This document shows positions 28,989-38,568 of a stretch of 64,000 nucleotides of DNA, piece by piece (the first letter of the stretch is position 1; the number at the start of each line of letters is the position of its first letter). Source of the DNA: Nitrospinales bacterium (lineage in GTDB: Bacteria; Nitrospinota_A; UBA7883; JACRGQ01). Below the pieces are notes generated by a model. It ran no database searches and was not told the origin of the DNA. It saw only the letters and a list, made by a program, of their open reading frames with translations. The DNA lies in the NCBI GenBank assembly GCA_023248535.1, contig JAHFEJ010000004.1, positions 3,012 to 67,011 on the forward strand, read 5' to 3'. The position numbers and the translations under genes were made by a program.

Positions 28989-29185
28989 CCTCCGGGAAAG
29001 GGCGTGACGATCTCGATATCGTCACCTTCGCCCAGTTTTGTTTTTTCGTAATCGCCGCGGGGGACGAACTCGCCGTTGAGGGCCACCGAGAAAAACTTCA
29101 CATCCCCTCCCAGCGATTTTACCAGTTGGGCGACGTTTTCAACCCTGTCAAATTCGCGGGCTTCGCCGTTGACAACCAGCTTCAT
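28985..29185 (-). CDS. thiS: Sulfur-carrier protein ThiS
   Basis: 66 aa [22 protein letters not shown]...[13 protein letters not shown] ending in GG; ATGA overlap with the thiO stop; the longer ORF call upstream is rejected. Confidence 0.8.
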   Translation of the reverse strand: MKLVVNGEAREFDRVENVAQLVKSLGGDVKFFSVALNGEFVPRGDYEKTKLGEGDDIEIVTPFPGG

Positions 29186-30258
29186 GGATGCGCTTCGTAC
29201 AATTCCGCGAATGCCGCGTCCGGTTTTCCCCCTTCGATCAGGGATATTACCAATTCGGCGATTTTCGGCGAAAAGAGGTAGCCATGCCGGTAAAGTCCGT
29301 TCACGCGGATAAGCCGTCCGCCGTGGCGGATCCTCGGCAGGTTGTTTGGAAACGCCGGACGGCACTGCGTCATCGTTTCGATGACGCGCCCCTCGGAAAA
29401 TCCGCTGTGCATAGCGTAGGCGGCGGAAAGAAGCTCCAGCGTGCCGCGCACCGATATCGGGCTGAGGTCTTCATCGTCGATGGCGGTGGCGCCAAGGATG
29501 AACTGGCCGCCGGGGCGGGGCACCACATAGATGGGATAGCGCGGGTGCATCATCCGCACCGGCCGGTTCAGCCTGACCTCCGGCGCGTGCACCCACACCA
29601 GTTCGCCGCGCACGCCGCGCAGGCCGGGAAGCTGCGTTTTGCCTTTCAGCCCGCGGGTATCAAGCACCATGTCAAAGTCGAACGCGCTTATGGCGGTATC
29701 AATGCGGCCATCGTCCGCCGAGCGGACGTGTACGCCCAAATTCAGCGTGGCGTATTTTTGCAGCCATTCGCCCAGCACCACCAGCAGCCTGCGTGAATCG
29801 ATCTGCCCTTCCAGCGGCAGGTAAAGGCCATCCATAAACGCGTCATCGATATCAGGCTCCAGTTCGCGGAGTTCGGCCCCTTCCACGCGCCGCATTACCA
29901 GATTGCCGGTATGTTCGTCCATCTTGCGTACCAGCCGCATCAATTCATTGCGGTCTTGGGGGTGGGAGATGACCAGACTGCCGGCCGCCTGGCAATAGAC
30001 ATCCCCCCCGATCTGGGGCAGGAGTTGTTGCCACATGGCGAGCGAAGGATTGCCGAGGCGCGCCACCACCGGCTCGGCGTATTCCAGCTCACAGTAGGGA
30101 GCGATCATGCCGGCTGCCGCGTAACTGGTGGTGCCGGTCGCCGCCAGATCGCCGTCATCGAACAGCGTTACGCGCCACCCCTTTTTAGCCAGCAGGTAGC
30201 CGGTCAGCCGTCCGATGATGCCCGCTCCCGCGATGCCGCACGTATTTCCCTTAGTCAT
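29182..30258 (-). CDS. thiO: Glycine oxidase ThiO (FAD-dependent oxidoreductase)
   Basis: N-terminal dinucleotide fold CGIAGAGIIGRLTGYLLAKKGWRVTLFD; DAO-family length (358 aa); position within the thiOSG operon. Confidence 0.8.
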   Translation of the reverse strand: MTKGNTCGIAGAGIIGRLTGYLLAKKGWRVTLFDDGDLAATGTTSYAAAGMIAPYCELEYAEPVVARLGNPSLAMWQQLLPQIGGDVYCQAAGSLVISHPQDRNELMRLVRKMDEHTGNLVMRRVEGAELRELEPDIDDAFMDGLYLPLEGQIDSRRLLVVLGEWLQKYATLNLGVHVRSADDGRIDTAISAFDFDMVLDTRGLKGKTQLPGLRGVRGELVWVHAPEVRLNRPVRMMHPRYPIYVVPRPGGQFILGATAIDDEDLSPISVRGTLELLSAAYAMHSGFSEGRVIETMTQCRPAFPNNLPRIRHGGRLIRVNGLYRHGYLFSPKIAELVISLIEGGKPDAAFAELYEAHP

Positions 30259-30300
30259 CGTATTCCGCTTTCCCTGATCGTGCCGACAAACGAAAACCTG

Positions 30301-31497
30301 TTACGCCAGACGCTCGCCGAAGGCTTTCAAGCGGCGCATCCCCTCTTCGATCCGCTCGGTGGCCATCGCGTAGCTGAAGCGCAAATAGCCTTCCGCGCCG
30401 AACGCAACGCCCGGCACCGGGCCGACCCCCGCGTGGTCGATGAGGACGTTCGCCAATTGCGCCGAATCGCGGATGACCTCCCCGTCGAATTTCTTGCCGA
30501 GCCAGCCGTTGAAATTGGGGAACGCGTAGAACGCTCCTTTCGGGACGACGCACGAAATGCCGTCCATCGAGTTGAGCGCGCCGACGATGATGTCGCGCCG
30601 CTTTTTGAATTCCGACGCGCGCGTGGCGAAAAACGCGGTATCTTTCAGCGCTTCCGCCGCCGCTAGCATCAGCGGCGTTACGGGGTTGCTGGTGGACTGG
30701 CTCTGCAGTTTCACCATCGCCTTGATGATCGGCTCCGGCCCCAGCGCGTGGCCAAGCCGCCAACCGGTCATTGAAAAGCTCTTGGACATGCCGTTCACCA
30801 GAATGGTGCGGTCCTTCACGTCCGCCCCCAGTTGCACGGGGGAGAGGTGTTTGTGGCCGTCATAAACGATGGCGTCGTATATCTCGTCCGAAATGAGGTA
30901 GATGTCGTCGTTCACGGCGATATCGGCGATCTTGCGGATCGTTTCATTGCTGTAAACCGCGCCGGTCGGGTTACACGGCGAGTTGAGGATGATCGCTTTG
31001 GTGGCGGAGGTGATCTTCGATTTCAGCTCGTCCATATCGGGATTGAACCCGTTTTCGGGGCGGCAGTTCACAAAAACCGGCTTGGCCCCCGCCAGCAGCA
31101 CCTGGCTGGGATAGGTGACCCAGTACGGGGAGAAGATGATGACTTCATCCCACTCGTCGAAGAGCACCTGGGAGATGTTGTAGAGCGAGTGCTTGGCCCC
31201 CATCGAGACGATGCACTGGCTCTTGGCGTAATCGACGCCGAGCTGGCGGCTGGTGAATTCGACGATGGCGGTCTTTATCTGGTCGTTGCCGGCGACGGGG
31301 GCGTACTTGTTCTTTCCCTCGCGGATCGCCTTGATGGCGGCCTCCTTGGCCGGTTCGGGCACGTCGAAATCGGGCTCGCCCGCGGCGAAGCTGATGATAT
31401 CCTTCCCCTTCGCGTTCAGCGCCGTTATGCGCCCCGCCACCTCCATCGTGGCCGATTCTTCGAACGAATCCATCCTCCGCGCAAGTTTCATGTTCAT
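30301..31497 (-). CDS. Class I/II PLP-dependent aminotransferase (aspartate/aromatic aminotransferase-like)
   Basis: 398 aa with AAGEPDFDVP, NSPCNPTG and the SKSFSMTGWRLG lysine motif of fold-type I aminotransferases. Confidence 0.88.
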   Translation of the reverse strand: MNMKLARRMDSFEESATMEVAGRITALNAKGKDIISFAAGEPDFDVPEPAKEAAIKAIREGKNKYAPVAGNDQIKTAIVEFTSRQLGVDYAKSQCIVSMGAKHSLYNISQVLFDEWDEVIIFSPYWVTYPSQVLLAGAKPVFVNCRPENGFNPDMDELKSKITSATKAIILNSPCNPTGAVYSNETIRKIADIAVNDDIYLISDEIYDAIVYDGHKHLSPVQLGADVKDRTILVNGMSKSFSMTGWRLGHALGPEPIIKAMVKLQSQSTSNPVTPLMLAAAEALKDTAFFATRASEFKKRRDIIVGALNSMDGISCVVPKGAFYAFPNFNGWLGKKFDGEVIRDSAQLANVLIDHAGVGPVPGVAFGAEGYLRFSYAMATERIEEGMRRLKAFGERLA

Positions 31498-31985
31498 TTC
31501 CTTCCCTTGGCGTGCAGCTTGCGCCGCAACGCATTGGCGACGGCGGGCGGCACAAGGGCCGTGACATCGCCCCCCAGCCCCGCCACCTCTTTGATGATCT
31601 TCGAGCTAATGAACGTGTACTCCTCGCTCGGCATCATAAATACCGTTTCCACCTTCTTGTTTATTTTCCGGTTCATCTGGCTTAATTGCAATTCATACTC
31701 AAAATCGGAAATGGCGCGCAGGCCGCGCACCACCGTGTAAACGCCGCGCGACATGCAAAAATCGACCAACAGATTGTCGAACGCTTCCACCGCCACGCGG
31801 CCATTATGCCCTGCGGTGGCTTTGCGGATGAGGTTCACCCGCTCTTTCACGGCAAAGAGGGGCTTTTTGGCCGGATTCACCGCCACGGCGATGATAATGG
31901 AGTCGAACACCGAGAGCGAACGGGTGACGAGGTCGAGGTGGCCATTGGTGACCGGGTCGAACGTCCCCGGATATACCGCTTTCAT
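31494..31985 (-). CDS. coaD: Phosphopantetheine adenylyltransferase
   Basis: MKAVYPGTFDPVTNGHLDLVTRS (T/HxGH nucleotidyltransferase motif), 163 aa; ATGA overlap with the downstream gene. Confidence 0.92.
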   Translation of the reverse strand: MKAVYPGTFDPVTNGHLDLVTRSLSVFDSIIIAVAVNPAKKPLFAVKERVNLIRKATAGHNGRVAVEAFDNLLVDFCMSRGVYTVVRGLRAISDFEYELQLSQMNRKINKKVETVFMMPSEEYTFISSKIIKEVAGLGGDVTALVPPAVANALRRKLHAKGRK

Positions 31986-32011
31986 CCAGATTCCTCCGTG
32001 TTAAGCGGCAG

Positions 32012-32986
32012 TCAGCGGGAAGCCGCTTGTTTCTTCAATTGTACCGCACGGCGGGCGGCATCGGCCAGCCCCGTGGCGGTAAACCCGCAGGCCTCCAGAA
32101 GCTCTTCCGGCGCGCCGGATGATATGTAATCGTCCTGAATGCCCACGCGGATGACCGGCACCGGATTATTCTCGGCCACCAGTTCAGCCACCGCGCTCCC
32201 CAGTCCGCCGATGATGCTGTGCTCTTCGGCGGCGACCAACGCGCCGCTTTCGGCGGCCGCCTGCAGGACAAGATCGCGGTCAATCGGCTTGATGGAAGCC
32301 ATATTGACCACCCCCGCCGAAATCCCTTCTTTCTCAAGAAGCGCGGCGGCTTCCAGCGCAATGCTCGTCATCAACCCGCAGGCGATAAAGGTGACATCCG
32401 CCCCCTTTTTCAATTGATCCCCTTTGCCCGGGGTGAACGTTTTGGAATCGTTAAACACCACCGGGAACTTGTCGCGCGTGAGACGGATGTAGACCGGTCC
32501 GACGTATGCGGCCGCCCAGCGGACCGCCGCGGCGGTTTCATGGGCGTCGGCCGGCATAATGACGGTCATGCCGGGGATGGCGCGCATCAGGGCGATATCC
32601 TCTCCCGCCTGGTGCGAAGGGCCGTCTGGCCCGACGGTGATGCCGCCGTGCGTGGCGATAATCTTGACGTTCTGGTGCGGGTAGCCGACCGCCTGCCGAA
32701 CCTGTTCCCACGCCCGCCCGGAGGCGAAAATGGCGAACGTGGAGGCGAACGGTATCTTGCCACCGGCGGCAAGCCCCGCGGCGGTGCCAATCATATCCTG
32801 TTCGGCGACGCCCATATTGAAGAAACGTTCCGGGAACGCCTTGGCGAACGTCGAAGTACGGGTGCTGCCTGAAAGATCGGCGTCCAGCACCACGATGTCC
32901 TTGTTGGTTTTTCCCAGTTCCGCAACGGTTTTGCCGTAGTAATCGCGTAACGCAAGCATCTCGGCCATATTATGCCTTCTCCCCAA
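32012..32986 (-). CDS. Transketolase, C-terminal subunit (pyrimidine-binding + C-terminal domains)
   Basis: 324 aa; the transketolase C-terminal half, split from the N-terminal subunit gene, which it overlaps by 17 nt. Confidence 0.88.
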   Translation of the reverse strand: MGRRHNMAEMLALRDYYGKTVAELGKTNKDIVVLDADLSGSTRTSTFAKAFPERFFNMGVAEQDMIGTAAGLAAGGKIPFASTFAIFASGRAWEQVRQAVGYPHQNVKIIATHGGITVGPDGPSHQAGEDIALMRAIPGMTVIMPADAHETAAAVRWAAAYVGPVYIRLTRDKFPVVFNDSKTFTPGKGDQLKKGADVTFIACGLMTSIALEAAALLEKEGISAGVVNMASIKPIDRDLVLQAAAESGALVAAEEHSIIGGLGSAVAELVAENNPVPVIRVGIQDDYISSGAPEELLEACGFTATGLADAARRAVQLKKQAASR

Positions 32987-33800
32987 GCTCGGCCAGCGCC
33001 TTGTTCAGTTCATCCGTGCTGGGAGCTGTGCCGTGCCACTTGGCCAGCCGCTCCATAAACGACACTCCTTTGCCCTTCACCGTGCGCGCCCAGATCAGCG
33101 ACGGCTTATCCGTCACTTTTTTCGCGTTGTCGATGGCGGCGAAAATCTGCCCGAAATCATGGCCGTCGATCTGCTGCACATGCCAGCCGAACGCTTCCCA
33201 TTTCTTCCCTATCGGCTCAATGCCCATCACATCGCTCACGAATCCGTCGATTTGCAGTTCGTTGTTATCCAAAAACGCGATGAGGTTGCCCAGCTTGAAG
33301 TGGGCGGCGCTCATGGCCGCTTCCCAAATCTGCCCCTCCTGCGTTTCACCGTCCCCCATCATGGCGTAGACAAAGGTGTCCCGCCCATCGAGGCGGTTCG
33401 CCAACGCAAGCCCGTTGGCTTGCGAAAGCCCCTGACCGAGCGAGCCGGTGGTGATCTCAACGCCGGGTGTGGAGGGGGCGTACGGGTGGCCGCTCAAAAT
33501 GCTTTCATATTGCCGCAGGGTTTTGAGGTGCTCCCGGCCGAAGTAACCGCATTCGGCAAGCACGGCGTAAAGCGCCGGGGCGCCGTGCCCCTTGGAGAGG
33601 ACGAATTTATCGCGCCGATCCGTTTTTTTGCGGTCTGGACCGTGATCCATCGCGCCGCAATAGAGGGCCACCAGCATATCGATGGCCGAAAGGGAACCGC
33701 CCGGGTGCCCGCTGCCCGCAGCATGGATCATGGTAAGGATATCAACGCGCATCCGGCGCGCGATTTCCTTAAGCTCAACAACGTCTTTTGTCCGTTTCAC
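32970..33800 (-). CDS. Transketolase, N-terminal subunit (TPP-binding domain)
   Basis: 276 aa with GSGHPGGSLSAIDMLVALY and GDGETQEGQIWEA TPP-binding blocks. Confidence 0.88.
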   Translation of the reverse strand: MKRTKDVVELKEIARRMRVDILTMIHAAGSGHPGGSLSAIDMLVALYCGAMDHGPDRKKTDRRDKFVLSKGHGAPALYAVLAECGYFGREHLKTLRQYESILSGHPYAPSTPGVEITTGSLGQGLSQANGLALANRLDGRDTFVYAMMGDGETQEGQIWEAAMSAAHFKLGNLIAFLDNNELQIDGFVSDVMGIEPIGKKWEAFGWHVQQIDGHDFGQIFAAIDNAKKVTDKPSLIWARTVKGKGVSFMERLAKWHGTAPSTDELNKALAELGEKA

Positions 33801-34114
33801 AAATTACCCCCAAAAACCGGTCATCCGCAGCTAATCCCGTGAATAAAGCGGGTTAAGGATAACATACACCCCCTAGGCAGGCAAACGGGGAAAACGGTAA
33901 AAACTGGGAAATGCGGCCAGCCTACGGGTTGTGCAAAAAACGGCAAAAACAGAGGTCAGAAATTGGCGGTCGGCGTGGAAATAGATACCGCTTTCCCCGG
34001 GTTATTGGGAGATAAATGGACTGAAGCGCGAAAGACTGGGAGGAAAGTTGAAACCCGCCGCGGCGGCCTTTAGCGTGCCCTTGATGTTAGGGGAGGCCCC
34101 GATTCCCTTGTTAC

Positions 34115-34315
34115 TCAGTTATTTTGGTAGTGGCTGATCAGGGCATTCATATCCCGATTGGCAAGCTGCTCGCCGCTAAACACATAGTGGAGGATATAGC
34201 CCAAGGTAATGCCAATGGAATCAACCTCTTTATAAAGAATGGCATCAACAGCCCCGGCTTCCCCGGCGAACATTTTGACCACTTTGCGTTCCATATCCTC
34301 AAATCCCTTTTTCAT
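34115..34315 (-). CDS. Hypothetical small protein (66 aa) at the distal end of the flagellar operon
   Basis: Intact small ORF co-directional with the fli operon; no recognised motif. Confidence 0.3.
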   Translation of the reverse strand: MKKGFEDMERKVVKMFAGEAGAVDAILYKEVDSIGITLGYILHYVFSGEQLANRDMNALISHYQNN

Positions 34316-34445
34316 AATGATCGCCGCCTTTCTGTTTTAGTATCTTATCGGATAATTCACCAGTCGGCTTAAGGCGATAGAAAAACCCGTACCAGCGTCC
34401 CGGCATTATATTCGGGAGGTTCTACCTGTCAAAGGAATAATGCAA

Positions 34446-34982
34446 CTACTGTTCCATCTGCCGCTTCGCCAGCTGTTCGCTGATCTGTGCGGCTGTGGCG
34501 GTATCAAGACTGCTCAGGATTTTCGAGGACGACTGGGCTTTCATGGCCATGAGAATACGCAACGCCGTGGGGCGGTCCATAGCCTTCAAACGGCTGGCTG
34601 CGTCGGCCGCGGGCATGGTGGCATAGGCTTTGGCGAGTGTGGTCACATTCTTCACTTCAAGATCGTCGCGCAACTTCACCAGTTCTTCCAGCTTTAGCTG
34701 CACGATCTTCAGTTCGTCGATCTTTTTCTGGATGCTGGCTTCAAGGGTAAGAAGCTGCCCTTCGCGGGCGTTCAGTTCCTCTTCGCGGCGGCGCAGCTCT
34801 TCCTGTTTTTTCTGCAGGTCCTTGGCCATCTCCATCCGCATCTGGTCCTGCGGGTCGGCGCCGGTTTTTGAGGCCGCTTCATTCTGGGCCAGCGCCTTCG
34901 GGATATTCACCGCGCCGCTTCCCGCCGCCACCAGCGCGGCGGCAAAAAGAAGCCCCGTGAAAAAAACAACATTCCTGCTCAT
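34446..34982 (-). CDS. MotE/YlxF-like flagellar protein (N-terminal TM, coiled coil, MgtE-N-like C-terminal domain)
   Basis: ATGA overlap with the fliJ stop; hydrophobic N-terminus; charged coiled coil (QKKQEELRRREEELNAREGQLL); C-terminal KAYATMPAADAASRLKAMDRPTALRILMAMKAQSSSKILSSLD resembles the MgtE-N/FliG-type helical domain of COG3334 proteins that follow fliJ in other fla operons. Confidence 0.55.
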   Translation of the reverse strand: MSRNVVFFTGLLFAAALVAAGSGAVNIPKALAQNEAASKTGADPQDQMRMEMAKDLQKKQEELRRREEELNAREGQLLTLEASIQKKIDELKIVQLKLEELVKLRDDLEVKNVTTLAKAYATMPAADAASRLKAMDRPTALRILMAMKAQSSSKILSSLDTATAAQISEQLAKRQMEQ

Positions 34983-35422
34983 AGCGCCTGCTCCCTGAAC
35001 CACATCATTTGCGCCACCTCGTCGGTGAATTTCACTTCACGCCGTTTTTCCTCTTTCTCGTAGGCATCTTTCAGCCGGTCGCGGTAAATCTCGAGCGCCT
35101 TGCGGCGGCGAAGATATTCCTGCAGCTCAAGCTGCTTCGCTTTCAGCCGTTCGCCGATCTGCTCCAACTCGCGCATCTTCCACCGGATATCCGCGTCGCG
35201 TCCCTGTAAAAAGTCATCGTATAGCCGAAACAGCTTCGGGTCGTGCGCAGTACGGCCCAACTCTGTCATGGCGGCGGCGGCTTCCGTGCGCCCCTGCTCC
35301 AGCGTGGCGAGAACGCCGCGGGCATGTAACTGTTCGGCGTTGACCAGCGCCACTTCGCGCTGCTTTTCTTCCTCCTGCCGTTTCCGGTGGTCAAGGACGC
35401 TTTGCAGCCGGAATTTGAACAT
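34979..35422 (-). CDS. fliJ: Flagellar export protein FliJ
   Basis: 147-aa highly charged coiled-coil protein (MFKFRLQSVLDHRKRQEEEKQREVA...) immediately downstream of fliI with a 1-nt overlap. Confidence 0.75.
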   Translation of the reverse strand: MFKFRLQSVLDHRKRQEEEKQREVALVNAEQLHARGVLATLEQGRTEAAAAMTELGRTAHDPKLFRLYDDFLQGRDADIRWKMRELEQIGERLKAKQLELQEYLRRRKALEIYRDRLKDAYEKEEKRREVKFTDEVAQMMWFREQAL

Positions 35423-36735
35423 CAGAAAATCTCCTTAAGCCGCCGCAACGTATCGGTAAAATCGGCCCGTTCGCCGATCCCCTGCTCAAGAAAGGTGTTT
35501 ATAAGCGGGTATTTCTGTATGGCGAAGTCGATGTCGGGGTTGCTCCCCTTCACATACGCTCCGATGTTGATAAGGTCTTCCGCCTCTTTATAAATGGCCA
35601 GCGTCCGAAACAGCGTTTTGGCCAGTTTCCGGTGCTCTTCGCCGGTTACATCGATCATCACGCGGCTTATGCTTCCCAGCACATCGATGGCGGGATAATG
35701 GCCCCGCGCCGCAAGGGCGCGGGAGAGGATAATGTGGCCGTCCAGAATGGCGCGCGACGCGTCTGAAACCGGCTCGCCCAGATCATCCCCTTCCACCAGC
35801 ACGGTATAGATGCCAGTGATGCTTCCCTCGCCTTCGGTGCCGGCGCCGGCCCGTTCCAGCAGGCGCGGCAGCAGCGCGAACACGCTGGGGGTGTACCCTT
35901 TCGTGGCGGGCGGTTCGCCAATGGAAAGGCCGATTTCCCGCTGCGCCATGGCGAAACGGGTAAGCGAATCGATCATCAGAAGCACATCTTTCCCCTGTTT
36001 GCGGAAATATTCGGCGATGGCGGTTGCGGTATATGCCGCCCGTAAACGGACCAGCGGAGTGTTATCCGAAGTGGCGGTCACCAGCACCGAGCGGCGCAAG
36101 CCGTCTTCTCCCAAATTCTTGTCAATAAACTCGCGCACTTCCCGTCCGCGTTCGCCCACAAACCCGATCACCGTCACATCGGCATCGGTCATCTTTGCCA
36201 TCATCCCCATCAAAACCGATTTACCCACACCGGTTCCGGCCATGATGCCGATTCGCTGGCCGCGGCCGCAGGTAAGCAGCCCGTTCACCGCCCGCACGCC
36301 AAGGTCGAGCGGTTGGTGTATCCGCTTGCGGCTTACGGGATTTATCGGGTCGGCGTAGAGCGGCATTTCACCCATGCAGCTCAACGGCCCCTTTCCATCA
36401 ATGGGATTGCCGAGGCCGTCCAAAACGCGCCCAAGGATGCCTTCATCCACTTTTACCACGGCGCGCCCGGTCAATGCCTCGATGCGGCAACGCGGGGATA
36501 CCCCCTGCGGCGCGGAGAGCGGCATCATCAGTATCCGTCCGTCACGGAAACCAACCACTTCGGCGTCAACGGTTGCCCCCTCGCCCCGCGGGTAGATGCG
36601 GCACATGGAGCCGACCGGCACATCCGGACCGTCCCCTTCGATAACGAGGCCAATAATGCGTACCACCTGTCCCACCGGCACAATAGAAGCGGACTGTGTA
36701 AGCGCCCGCCGGTATTTCGTCAGATCAACGTTCAT
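35422..36735 (-). CDS. fliI: Flagellum-specific ATP synthase FliI
   Basis: 437 aa with Walker A GAGVGKS and extensive similarity to FliI/T3SS ATPases. Confidence 0.95.
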   Translation of the reverse strand: MNVDLTKYRRALTQSASIVPVGQVVRIIGLVIEGDGPDVPVGSMCRIYPRGEGATVDAEVVGFRDGRILMMPLSAPQGVSPRCRIEALTGRAVVKVDEGILGRVLDGLGNPIDGKGPLSCMGEMPLYADPINPVSRKRIHQPLDLGVRAVNGLLTCGRGQRIGIMAGTGVGKSVLMGMMAKMTDADVTVIGFVGERGREVREFIDKNLGEDGLRRSVLVTATSDNTPLVRLRAAYTATAIAEYFRKQGKDVLLMIDSLTRFAMAQREIGLSIGEPPATKGYTPSVFALLPRLLERAGAGTEGEGSITGIYTVLVEGDDLGEPVSDASRAILDGHIILSRALAARGHYPAIDVLGSISRVMIDVTGEEHRKLAKTLFRTLAIYKEAEDLINIGAYVKGSNPDIDFAIQKYPLINTFLEQGIGERADFTDTLRRLKEIF

Positions 36736-36738
36736 CGC

Positions 36739-37554
36739 CTATTTCCCTATCTGCTCGCGTAACGTGCGGTGGATATTTATCAGCCGGTTTTCCACCGTGG
36801 CGTCCAGGCTCCCGATATTCGTTTCAAGGATGCAGCCGCCGGGAGTGATCGCCGGGTCGGCCTTGAATTCCATTTTTTCGACCACTTCCATTTCCTGTTG
36901 CAGGCTTTCCCGCATAACGCCGAGCAATTCCATGTCCTTCGGGCTCAGCCGCACCACGATGCTCTGCTTGGTCTCCAGTTCCGACACCGCCTTGCGCAAC
37001 ACTTCAACGACGATAGCGGGATCCTGCGCCACTTCGCGGCGCACGATCTCGGCGGCGATCAACACCACCAGGTCCACCATCTCCTTTTCGGCCTTGCGGT
37101 ACTGGATGCCGCGGGCGGCCTCCAACTGCTTTAGGCCGTCAACAAGGGTATTCATGAGGCCGGTCGCTTCGGCGAAGCCTTCATGCTTCCCCTTGATATT
37201 TCCCTCTCTATAGCCCTTTTGATAGGCATCCGCTTCGATCTGCTCAACGCGGGCATGGGCGGCGCGCAACATGCCATCAATCTCATCGCTGGTCTTTTTG
37301 AGTATCTCGTCGCGGCGGTAGCCCCCCTTGAATTCGAAGTCAAACCCGCCAAGGACAAATTCATCCTCTCCGCTGGTTTCCGGCCGTTTGTGATCGGGCC
37401 TGAATTCGGCGGCGGCGTCCTTGCGGCGGGCCGCCTCCATAACCTCCGCCTCTTCCGTGAAATTCGCGAAGGAAAAGGGCTTGAAATCGTCGGTGCCGCC
37501 AATATCGAAGTTAGACAAGTTCCTCGCCTCCGCCCGCCAGCACCACCTTGCCAT
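36739..37554 (-). CDS. fliH: Flagellar assembly protein FliH
   Basis: Position between fliG and fliI; acidic/charged FliH-like region (EADAYQKGYREGNIKGKHEGFAE...); start uncertain (ATG 37554 overlaps the fliG 3' end by 44 nt; alternative ATG at 37440). Confidence 0.7.
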   Translation of the reverse strand: MARWCWRAEARNLSNFDIGGTDDFKPFSFANFTEEAEVMEAARRKDAAAEFRPDHKRPETSGEDEFVLGGFDFEFKGGYRRDEILKKTSDEIDGMLRAAHARVEQIEADAYQKGYREGNIKGKHEGFAEATGLMNTLVDGLKQLEAARGIQYRKAEKEMVDLVVLIAAEIVRREVAQDPAIVVEVLRKAVSELETKQSIVVRLSPKDMELLGVMRESLQQEMEVVEKMEFKADPAITPGGCILETNIGSLDATVENRLINIHRTLREQIGK

Positions 37555-38542
37555 CCTCTTCCAGTTTTTTCACAATGCGGATGATGCTCTGCTGGGCCTT
37601 TTCCACGTCGGACAGTTTCACCGGTCCCATCGCCGCGAGGTCTTCCTTCAGCATTTCGCCGGCACGCTTGGACATGTTGTGGAGTATCTTCTCCTTGAGC
37701 TGCTCCGACGCCGTCTTGAGGCCGAGGATGAGGTCGTCGCGCGAGACCTCCTTGAGAATGACCTGCATCCCCTTGTCATCCACCGACAGGAGGTCCTCGA
37801 ATACAAACATGAGGTTGCGGATGCTTTCGGCAAGCTCCGGATTGAACGATTCGATTTCAGTCAGAATGCCGACCTCCATGTTATGGTCGAGATTGTTGAC
37901 GATTTCGGCCACGGCTTCCACGCCTCCCAACCGGCTCCCTTCCATCGCGCCGGCGCTCTGGAATTCGGTCGCCAACGCGCGGTCCAGATCGGCGACCACC
38001 GAGGGATTTACCCGCTCCAGCGTGGCGATGCGGAAAACGATTTCCGAGCGGAAACGGTCGGGCAGGTTTTTAAGGATTTCCCCCGCCTGCGCGGAATCAA
38101 GATGGGCCAGTACTATGGCGGCCGTTTGCGGGTACTCGTTCCGCAGGAATGCGGCGACGGTTTTCGGGTCAAGATGGCGGATCGCCTCGAGGCCGCCCCC
38201 CAGCTCTTCGGTTTGACCGGGCGCGGCGATCTTGGAAAGTATTTCGGCCACCTTCCCCGCATCCATGGTTTTTTCAAGCATTTTCTTCAGATACTCGCGG
38301 CCGCCGGAAAGAATGCCCCCTTCGCCCCCTTCAAGGGCCTCGAAGAATTCGCGCGCCACGGTATCAATCTGTTCGTTGCTGATGTTCTCCATGAACGACA
38401 TGTAGTTACCCACCGCCTGTATCTCTTTTTCATTCATTTTGGCGAGGACTTTTGAGGCGATAGTCTCCCCCATCGAAATCATCAAAACAGCCACCTTTTC
38501 AGGGCCGCTTAATATGTTTGAACCCGGTTTACCACGTGCCAT
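37511..38542 (-). CDS. fliG: Flagellar motor switch protein FliG
   Basis: 343 aa with the conserved FliG middle and C-terminal domains (LSGPEKVAVLMISMGE..., torque helix region). Confidence 0.95.
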   Translation of the reverse strand: MARGKPGSNILSGPEKVAVLMISMGETIASKVLAKMNEKEIQAVGNYMSFMENISNEQIDTVAREFFEALEGGEGGILSGGREYLKKMLEKTMDAGKVAEILSKIAAPGQTEELGGGLEAIRHLDPKTVAAFLRNEYPQTAAIVLAHLDSAQAGEILKNLPDRFRSEIVFRIATLERVNPSVVADLDRALATEFQSAGAMEGSRLGGVEAVAEIVNNLDHNMEVGILTEIESFNPELAESIRNLMFVFEDLLSVDDKGMQVILKEVSRDDLILGLKTASEQLKEKILHNMSKRAGEMLKEDLAAMGPVKLSDVEKAQQSIIRIVKKLEEDGKVVLAGGGEELV

Positions 38543-38568
38543 ACAATAATCCCTCTTCTTGGCCTATT

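Noticed and set aside
33801-34114. Possible TPP riboswitch upstream of the tkt-thi operon (and in the 42-bp gap before thiO)
   Set aside because: No match to the conserved THI-box core (CTGAGA / ACCTGATCTGGATAATGCCAGCG) on the coding (minus) strand by eye. Needs an Infernal search to be certain.
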